Part shown: positions 54,219-64,000 of the stretch, in pieces
How positions within the stretch are numbered: position 1 is the stretch's first letter
Layout: each line of letters begins with the position of its first letter
Notes under the pieces: generated by a model
Database searches by the model: none
The model's input: only the letters and a program-made list of their open reading frames with translations
Told to the model about the DNA's origin: nothing
Assembly (NCBI RefSeq): GCF_009914755.1
Contig: NC_060947.1
From: the human T2T-CHM13v2.0 reference genome, Homo sapiens
Length of the DNA stretch: 64,000 nt
Strand: one strand, 5' to 3'
Position numbers and translations under genes: made by a program

Positions 54219-54822
54219 TTTGTGAAAGGCAGAGTTCTAAGATAGTCCTGAAGATGAGCCCCATGCACATGCCCTGTATAATCTCCCCTTTAGGGAGAGC
54301 AGGAGCTTTGACTTTCACAGAATTTCACTCCCATGATTATGTTATGCTGTACAGCCAATGGAAAGTTACAGATGTAATTAAGGTCACTGGTCTTCTGAAT
54401 TAGATTTAATCAAAGACAGAGTAGAGTATCTTGAGTGGCCCTGACCTAATCACATAAGCTGTTTAAAAGAGGATACAGAGACCAGCAATAAGAAAAAGCA
54501 GCCTTGAAGAATCAAATTGCCATATTGTGGATAGAGTGACATGATAAGCAATGGCAAGTGGCATTCTTGGAGCTGAGAGCCTCAGTCTTAGAGCTGCAAA
54601 GAAATACCTTTTTGCCAATTTTGAAGAAGTCCTTGAGCCCCAGATGAGATCACAAGCCTAGTTGAAATCTTGATTTCAGTCTTTCAAGACCTTAAGCCAA
54701 GGACCCTGCTAAACTAGGTACAGACCCCTGACTCATGGCAACTGTGGGATGATAAATGTGTACTGTTTTAAGCTGCTTAAATTTGGAGTAATTTGTTATG
54801 CATATATTGAAAATTAATACAC
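54219..54822 (+). mobile_element. MLT1-type LTR
   Basis: tgtgaaaggcagagttctaagat...gtaatttgttatgcatatattgaaaattaataca. Confidence 0.7.
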
Positions 54823-56454
54823 CCTTGGAGTTTCATACCTTAATGAAAGAACAAACTGCTAAGAAGCATAGAAAACGTGCAGGAATCTCACGCGAGAGAA
54901 GTAGTAGTCAGGAGTTGCCAACAGATAAAGGGCAGAGACCCCTGTACCTCTTCCTTCTCTAGAAAGGAAACAAAATATAAAGCTTACTTGGATTGCTCTT
55001 CAAAAGAGAAAATGGGCTGACAGCCTAGAGATGTCCTGTTTCTCCTCTCACCCTGGATTTTTAAGCCTTTTTTCAGAGGTCTGGTTATAGAGAGAATCTA
55101 TCCAACTATTCATACTGAGTCACAGGCCTTCATGTGTTTTCATTTTCATTTTTCTGGCCTTGACAGATGCCCCCAGATAACATGGAAGGAAGAAGGTAAA
55201 CTGATTCCAAGACCAAAAAACATTCTTGGTTTAAGAACACAAAAACCAGATTATGGAAAATTTTGTGGTTTGTGAAGTTGGGAAATTTGGAAAAATATGT
55301 ACCTCTCCAAGTTACGCTCGGTGAAGAATGTTTAAGAGGTCAGTGGCACTTCAACTGGACTTCCCTAAGTTCTCCAGAATTTAGGGTCCCATCTTGCCTC
55401 TAGTAACCTAAAATATGAGTCAAGTCTGCATCTCACAGAACTATAAGAAGTCTCACATCATCCACAAATACAGGACTCTAAATATTTACATTCACCAAAT
55501 CATCTTTGGTCCTCAAATTGACTCCCCTTTGTGGTCATTGTCCATCATTCTTTATTTCCAGTAGGAATATTAACAGGAAAAACAGAGTAGACAAGAAATT
55601 TCTCCAGTATCTATAGACATTTCAGATCTGAAAGAGCTGGTAGGTAGAGAATTTGACATCGGCCCTTCCCACCCATCCCCACTCAACCCTTCTTTACATT
55701 CTACATATAAGCATAGCTTATTCATCTAATTTGTTAGGAACAGGGATGGATATTTTCATTAAGAAAGATAAAACACGGCAAAAACTGGATTTATCTTTAT
55801 CCATCATCAAATACATAAGTAATGGCATGATGATGGTGGTTTCAATAACTAATACCTAGGTATAGCTTTCATCACTGACTGTAAAAGGAAAGAAGGCAGG
55901 GTTGAAGGCAGGCCTCCCTCTCTAGCAACGCAGAGAAAGGTGGGGTTTTCCTATTTTTTGAGATGAGGACTGCTACTTAATGTCAACCAACAACTAGAAC
56001 GTATTGCTGGTTTTAACCCTCATAATAATGTAACCATGTAAAAATGGGGATATACTTTAGCCTCAAACCTGGATGTGGTCCAGTAAATGAAAATAATTTA
56101 AGTATCTATATGTACGTACAAAAATTTAAACCTGCTATCTAATTTTATACCCAGTGGCTCAACCTCAAGGAGACATTAGTAGACAAACATAACCAGACAT
56201 CGTGATGTCCTCTGATGAGGGCTGAAGATCCTGGATGCAAGTGCACTGGATTCCAATCCAGATCCTTTTCACCCTTCCGACGTGAATACTTGTGTGTTTT
56301 GTCAGAGCCTCTTTGTTTTGTGAGCAGGGCCATTATCAAAGCTCTACATAAGGAACTGTGAGCTGTGAGCTGAATCAAATGTTTAATACATTCTAGTGCT
56401 GGATTTAGAAGAAAAGAAACTAAGGGAGGGCAGTGAGTTGATGTAAAAAAGGGG

Positions 56455-56640
56455 ACACTGTAGAGTGGCTGCCTGGGCTCAAATACAAGCTCTGCTTCTT
56501 GATAGCTGTGTGATCATAAGGCATTTATTAAAATTATTTTTCTTGTCTTATTAGTAAAATGAGAGTGGATATAACAGCTCCTACTTCATAAGGTTCTTGT
56601 AAAGATTCACTGAATTCCTGTGCATTAAGAGCTTAGAATT
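56455..56640 (+). mobile_element. MIR SINE
   Basis: cctgggctcaaatacaagctctgcttcttgatagctgtgtgat...cctacttcataaggttcttgtaaagatt. Confidence 0.7.
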
Positions 56641-56676
56641 CATCACATAAACAGAATAAAAACAAAAACTACATGA

Positions 56677-57330
56677 ACGCTTCTACACTGCTGGTGGGAG
56701 TGTAAATTAGTTCAACCATTGTGGAAGACAGTGTGGCAATTCCTCAAAGACCTAGAACCAGAAATAGCATTTGACCCAGCAATCCCATTACTGGGTATAT
56801 ACCCAAAGGATTATCAACTGTTCTATTATAAAGATACATGCACGAGTATGTTCACTGCAGCACTAGTCACAATGGCAAAGACATGGAATTCACCTAAATG
56901 CCCATAAATGGTAGACTGGATAAAGAAAATGTGGTACATATGCACCATGAAATACTATGCAGCCATAAAAAAAGAATGAGATCATGTCCTTTACAGGGAA
57001 ATAGATGGAACTGGAGACCATTACCTTCAGTAAACTAGCACAGGACCAGAAAACCAAATATGGCATGTTCTCATGCATAAGTAAGTGGGAGCTAAATGAT
57101 GAGAACACATGGACACATAGAGGGGAACAACACACACTGGGACCTATCAAAGGGTGGAAGGTGGGAGGAAGGGTAGGATCGGGAAAAATAACTAATGGAT
57201 ACTAGGCTTAATACCTGGGTGATAAAATAATCTGTACAACAAACCTGCATGACACATGTTTACCTATATAACAAACCTGCACATCCTGCATATGTACAAC
57301 TGAATTTAAAATAAAAGTTAAAAAAAAGAC
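56677..57330 (+). mobile_element. 5'-truncated older L1PA 3' end
   Basis: ORF2 end (WKTVWQFLKDLE) and 3'UTR ggatactaggcttaatacctgggtgat, then an A tail. Confidence 0.88.
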
Positions 57331-57843
57331 CAGAAAAGACCAGAAATAATTACCAAAAAAAAAAAAAAAAGGAGCTTTAATACCTGGGAGAAAAAAAATA
57401 CTTTGGTCTTTAGTAGGGTAAGGATCTGAGAAGGGAGGGAACTGATGGATGCCTAAGGGGAAAATCTTAAAAATGAAGAGGAATGTCGATAGGTGGTAAG
57501 TTAAGAGATTTGCAGGCTACGGTTGGGAATAGGTTCTTACAAAAGAAAAAACACTTTATAGGTGACAGGAACACCATGAAGACAGTGAAAGGCTTGTTAC
57601 CATTTTGGTCAAGCAACTTTGGCAAAAGGGATCTGAATCTCAGAAGAAACTCAATGGGAAGTTTTTCCTCAGACTTTCAGTTTCTAGGTCTTACGTCTGA
57701 TAATTAATTTAGAGAATTAACTGAGCTAGTCCAGAACAGGGAGGGTGTCAGTAGAAATGTCTGCATTCTAGGGAAAGTATTATACTGCTTGCAACTTAAC
57801 ACGCCCCGTGTATCCACCATGCCATGTCATATGATGTATATAT

Positions 57844-57923
57844 CATGTGTTACTCCACTCACAGAGGTGTCAATCATATCTAATTACACATGATTGCCTC
57901 CCTCTTGAGAAGAGTACCACATG
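57844..57923 (-). ncRNA. MIR514B: pre-miR-514b (5p 57890-57911 UUCUCAAGAGGGAGGCAAUCAU; 3p 57854-57874 AUUGACACCUCUGUGAGUGGA)
   Basis: Matches recalled hsa-mir-514b. Confidence 0.96.
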
Positions 57924-57979
57924 AAGAATAGAACACTTAAGGATGGCAGCCCAGCCTAATGACTGACTCATGCACCTTT

Positions 57980-58282
57980 CTTTTTATATTTTAAAAATAT
58001 GTAATTGACAAACAAAATTTGTATATATTCAAGGTGTGCAATGTGATTTGATATGTATATACATCGCGTACTGATTACCATAGTAAAATTAACTAACACA
58101 TCATTCACCGCTCTTAGTTACCATTTGTGTGTGTGTTGTGGGGGTGTGGTGAGGACACTTAAAATCTGCTCTCTTATCAAATTTCCAGTAAACAATTACA
58201 GCATTATTATCACTATGCTATACATTAGATAGCCAGAGCTTATCTATTACGTAACTCAAAGTTTGTACTCTTTGACCAACAT
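57980..58282 (-). mobile_element. L1MA 3' end fragment
   Basis: taattgacaaacaaaatttgtatatattcaaggtgtgcaatgtgat...gtactctttgaccaaca. Confidence 0.75.
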
Positions 58283-59945
58283 GCATCTTTCAAAAACACA
58301 TCATTGTTTTCAATCTGATTGGTGACTGGTGTTCATACAAAGGGCCTCTGTAGCATGCACTACACTGTCTTTCTTCATCCATCCTTTCCTGTGTTGTCCA
58401 ATCATGGTTTGGAGTTATGACATGGCAATTTTCAGAACTATGAACCATTAAGCTTTTCTGCTAGACTCTCTTGTGCACGGAAGAAAAATCCTTGCATGTC
58501 TTATCCTGTTTATTTTTTCCATTATTATAAAGTGTTAGAAAGCAGTTTACATTCCTCAGGTCTAATAGTTAACAGGAAAATATACTCTATGTCATCTATG
58601 CTCGTCACCTGAAGATGAGTCCCTCTACCTGAGTTACATCCCTCAACTCCTGAACCACAGAATAAGCAGGGAAAACACACAAGATTCTAGGATAGGATGG
58701 TAATCACTGATGTGATGGAGAGTAGAAATGTCTGTTTCTCCTTAAATCCTAGAGCAAAAATAAAAATATTTTACTTACCAGGAATGAACTGCAAAACAGA
58801 AAATGTTCTTGGCATCTATGGATGCCATTAAACTTCTTCCAGTTTGTGAGATTTCTGAGTCTTTCCCTCGAGCGTGGTCTTTTCAAGCATTTTTGTTTGC
58901 ATTTTTCTCCATTTGGAAACATGCAACTATGTGTCTTCATTTTCCTGGATGAACTAAATCTGGGACACCAAAATATAGTAACACAAATATGGTAAATGGA
59001 TGTCAGAGAACTGGGATGGAAGAAAGAGGTGATTGTAAGTAGCCTAAAATGTGAAGTTGCTACCAGTCAAAAATTATGGTATCTTAATGGAAGAAACAAG
59101 TTCCCAGCCTTTCTCATGCACCCTACCCTTAATTTTGTGTTGCTGTGGCTAAGCAACAGGTACAGATGTTAGGGGCACTGTTCGTACACTCAGCTCACTT
59201 TCGTAGGGTGTAGGCTTTAGTGTGGTTTTGGCAGGTTGAGAATATGGGGTCTCTGATCATCATCACCCCAGAATAATCATAAAACAGAGTTTCAACCCTG
59301 GAATGAGCAGGCTGAGAAGACCAAAATCTACGACTACCAATCTTCACTCTGTACATAAAGCAGGAGTGTTGTGAAAGAAGCAGGTCGCTGCACCTTCCCA
59401 AAGCTTGAGAGCAGTGAGTCAGAGATTCTTTTTCCCAGTGTGAGAAGTGAGTTTGAATAAAAGATGGTATTATAGCTCTCCTAAAAAAAAAAATAGGACT
59501 TTATTTATAGCAGAGTCAGGGAAAGCTCAGGCTTAACGATGCTCCAGGTAACAACACAGATTTTGGAGGTAAGTAAGTAAGATGGATTTGGTAGCTGTAT
59601 GAGAGCAACAAGCTAAACCACAGGCCAGCTTATTTACCAGAGTATCCGATAAACTGACAGCTAATAAGAGCCTTCCTGTATCAGAACAAACCTGAAAGAC
59701 TTGCCTTTAAAACAACGTGTTCCAAGTGGCTTAAATTATTTTGATCAAACTCTGATACGTTTTTCCCTTAAAATTCAAAAAAAACGATAGAGAAAGTCAG
59801 CATTCAGTGAGAAAACCTAACATCTCTGTGTGATACACAGAGACCACTAGCTGGACAGAGAGATCAGGAAAAGAAACAAAAAGAATGCTACTAAAATCAC
59901 TGTCATCTTAGAGTTACTATGTGCATACAAAGGCTGTGCTCTCTA

Positions 59946-60356
<411 letters not shown>

Positions 60357-60560
60357 TCAGAGGAAGTGGTTATTATCCAGAATACAATATTTGATCTTAA
60401 CTATCCTGTTTTACAGAAAATCATAATATGTACAAAAAAAAGATAGTGTAGTCTTTACAGATAACAAAAATATATGACAGAAAATGCCCATGAGAGGGCA
60501 CAGAAATCATGCTAACAGTTAAAGACTTTATCGCAACAATTAAAGATTTCAAAGAAATAA

Positions 60561-60901
<341 letters not shown>

Positions 60902-60929
60902 GAAAACACTTATTAAAAAAGGAAAATAT

Positions 60930-62160
60930 GGATTTTAAAAGTACAATAACTTAAATATAAAAGTTCAATAGAGAATCTCAACAGTATATTTCAACTATCA
61001 GAATAAATAATACATCGCACATTAATAGTACTAATGCCTTATGAAGAACGCAGAGTAAAATGAATGAGGAAAAATGAACAGAGCATCAAGGAAGTAAAAC
61101 ACCAGAAAGGGCAAAAGATTTGCATTATGGAATTACCAGAATAAGAAGAGAGAGAAAAGGAAAAAAGAAACCTGCTCAAATATTCTTCGGAAGGAACACT
61201 TCCTAAATTTGATGAAAAATGTTACACATCCAAGAGGTAAAACAAATTTCAAGTAGAACAAATACAAAGAAACTCAGATTAACAGACATTACATGCAATC
61301 TGTTGATACCTATGGAAAATAGTTAATATTGACTGCTGCAGGAGAAAAGCGACTCATTGCATACGGGGATTTTTGTAAGATTAATAGCTGACTTTTCATA
61401 AGAAAGTATACAGACCAGAAAGCAGTGGGAGGTGACATTCAACATGCTAAAAGAAAAACATAGTCAAACAAGAATAATATAAGGCTAACAGCTGTTCACT
61501 ATAGCACTAAAAGCACAACTCATAACATAAATATATCAATAAATTGCACTTTATTAAAATTGTAAACACTTGCTTTGTATGAAACAGTTAAGAGAATGAA
61601 AAGACAGATTGTGGACTGAGATACGCATGCAAATCACATTTTTCAAGGAGTTGTATTCAGAACATATAAGAACTCTTAAATATCATTAATAATAACTCAG
61701 CGCAATAAAATTTGTAAAAATTCCTCAATGGATACTTCATTAAGAAGATGTATGAATAGCAAATAAATATATTAAGAGACACTCAATACTTGTAGTCAAT
61801 ATGAATGTCCGAATTAAAACTACAATGACAAAAATCTATACAAATATTACAGTGGCTAATAAAAACACAAAACAACACAAAAATTGCCAATAAAATACAC
61901 TGATAAGAATATGAGTAACTGGAGATGTTAGACATTTTTCATGGCAGCAAAAAAGTTTAAAGCAGTTCTGGAATAAGTTATTTTTCTATTGCTTTTAAAT
62001 TTAAAATTACATTTACCATAAGACCTACAAGTTTACACAAGTAAAATAAAACTTGTGTTTACACACATATCTGTATGCAACTGTGTACGGTACAATTATT
62101 GAAAAAAAAAAAAACCAACTTGAAAAAAAAAAACAAGATTGTCCATCACCTGACTTGTAC
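60930..62160 (+). mobile_element. Old L1M fragments (ORF1-like ~60930-61470; ORF2 3'-like ~61540-62160)
   Basis: Diverged L1 motifs such as atagctgacttttcataagaaagtatacagaccagaaagcagtggga. Confidence 0.55.
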
Positions 62161-62993
62161 CCAACTCAGTAATAAAAACAACACTGAAGCAATTGAGTCT
62201 TGTCTGCTTTTCTTGCATTCTCTCTCCCTGTCTCTGTTTCTCTCTCTGTGTGTGTCTTTTTTTCACACTCACTCTCTCACTCATCACAGTGTTAGGAAGT
62301 GACACCACATGAAAAATAAAAGGAAAACGAAAGACATGTAAGTTAAAATAAATAGTAATAGCAAAACAAAATGAAATAAATCAAAGAGTACAAGTTTCTG
62401 TGTGCTCTGCACAACCTCTTATAAATTGGTGGCTTATAAAGGATTCAAATGCTTTTCAAAGAATGAGTACCTCTTCAGCCAATGAAGAAAAAAATGAGCT
62501 TTCATATTTGAGACAGAAAATATGTTGTCAGCAGGTTGGGATCTGAGTAGTAGGAGGGGATTTGGAAAGGCCTAAAAAGAAGGCTTGAAAACGAGGAGGA
62601 GGGAATAATAAATAATAACTTGTAAACTGATATAAGCATCAAGAAAGAAAAAGGTTCTGTAAAAACTTAATACTCTGCAGCAGAGAATAAAAACATAGCC
62701 ACACTGAAAACCTGGTTTTCATTTTTGTCAGGCAACTTTGTAAAAATAGGTATCAATCCCAGGAAAAGATATCCCAGGAAAAAATAAAAACAAGAAAAGG
62801 CGTTTTTCCAGGACCTTTAGTTCCTAGGACTTACCTCTGCAAATTTACATAAGATGATTCCATGAGATAGTCCAGCAGGGTGGCGGAGGTGTGTGAACAG
62901 CATAGATGTACTCTATGGAAAACAGCTCTCTGCATGCAACTAATCTTCCCTCAAGTGCACCCATAGTTATATTACATATGCTGCATATGTCAC

Positions 62994-63070
62994 GTGTTAC
63001 ACCACTCGTAGAGGTTTCAATCATATGTCATTACCATATGTGATTGCTACTCTCTCGAGTAAGGCCCCGC
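62994..63070 (-). ncRNA. miR-510-like hairpin paralog (candidate miRNA or pseudogene)
   Basis: 5' arm UACUCGAGAGAGUAGCAAUCAC (63040-63061) and 3' arm AUUGAAACCUCUACGAGUGGU (63001-63021); 3 and 2 mismatches to recalled miR-510-5p and -3p. Confidence 0.75.
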
Positions 63071-63294
63071 AGACAGCATGTCTAAGGATGGAAGCCCTGC
63101 TTAAACACCCATTCATGTACCTTTTAAAAAGCTACTCAATGTTTTCAGGCTGTGAGTGGCTACCAGTATTTGTTCAAAGTACCTCTACAGTGAACACTCC
63201 ACTGTTTTTTTTCCTCATCCATTCTTCCCTGAAGTGCTGTCCACTTGTGTGTTGAAGTTTTCACATGGTAGTTTTCAGAACTGAGGAGCAATAA

Positions 63295-63568
<274 letters not shown>

Positions 63569-63820
63569 CATTAAGCCTTTCTCTTATGTTCTCTTGCATA
63601 TATAAGACGTACCCCTGTGTGTCTTGTCCTGGTTTTTTTTATCCATTATTATATATAAAGCATTAACAAATCATTTGTCTTCTTTAGACCCAATAATTAA
63701 GCAGTAAATACACTCCATCTCACCACTCTTGCCTTGTCACCCAAAGATCTGAGTCCTTTTATCTGAGTTATGTTCCTCAATTTCTGAATCACAGAATGAG
63801 CAGATAAAAAAGACCAGATT

Positions 63821-64000
63821 GGCCAGGCGAAGTGGCTCATGCCTGTAATCCCAGCACTTTGGGAGGCCGAGGTGGGCGGATCACGTGGTCAGGAGATCGA
63901 GACCATCCTGGCTAACACGGTGAGACCCAGTCTCTACTAAAAATACAAAAAAATGAGCCGGGCGTGGTGGGGGGCACCTGTAGTCCCAGCTACTCAGGAA
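63821..64000 (+). mobile_element. AluY-like element, cut by the window end
   Basis: gagatcgagaccatcctggctaacacggtga. Confidence 0.88.

Noticed and set aside
54830-56450. Unique-looking stretch examined for an exon, promoter or another hairpin
   Set aside because: I found no family flank, hairpin, CpG island or credible ORF by eye; left unannotated
62994-63070. Calling this hairpin MIR510 itself
   Set aside because: Both arms and the loop differ from recalled miR-510, whereas the neighbouring hairpins match the recalled human sequences; left without a symbol

Overview
Primate (very probably human) X-chromosome DNA containing part of the Xq27.3 miR-506/514 germ-cell microRNA cluster, with every hairpin on the minus strand. 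No protein-coding gene is supported; all long ORFs are L1, MaLR, Alu or microsatellite read-throughs. Recognised pre-miRNAs, left to right: miR-513b, miR-513a-1, miR-513a-2, miR-506, miR-507, miR-508 and miR-514b. Identifications are from recalled miRBase sequences, not a database search. The first ~34.3 kb is three tandem copies of a ~8.5 kb unit (MER4A-type LTR, MST MaLR element, MLT1, miR-513, Alus). Copy 1 holds a dead full-length L1PA and copy 3 holds a 5'-inverted L1PA2-like element. The right half is an older, more diverged array of the same hairpin-plus-flank module, broken up by L1/Alu/LTR insertions. The main candidates for something undescribed are (i) a miR-510-like hairpin at ~63.0 kb with a new 5p seed, (ii) a miR-506-family paralog at ~53.8 kb with a deleted 3' arm, (iii) 'empty' modules that have lost their hairpin, and (iv) a non-transposon inverted repeat just downstream of pre-miR-506.
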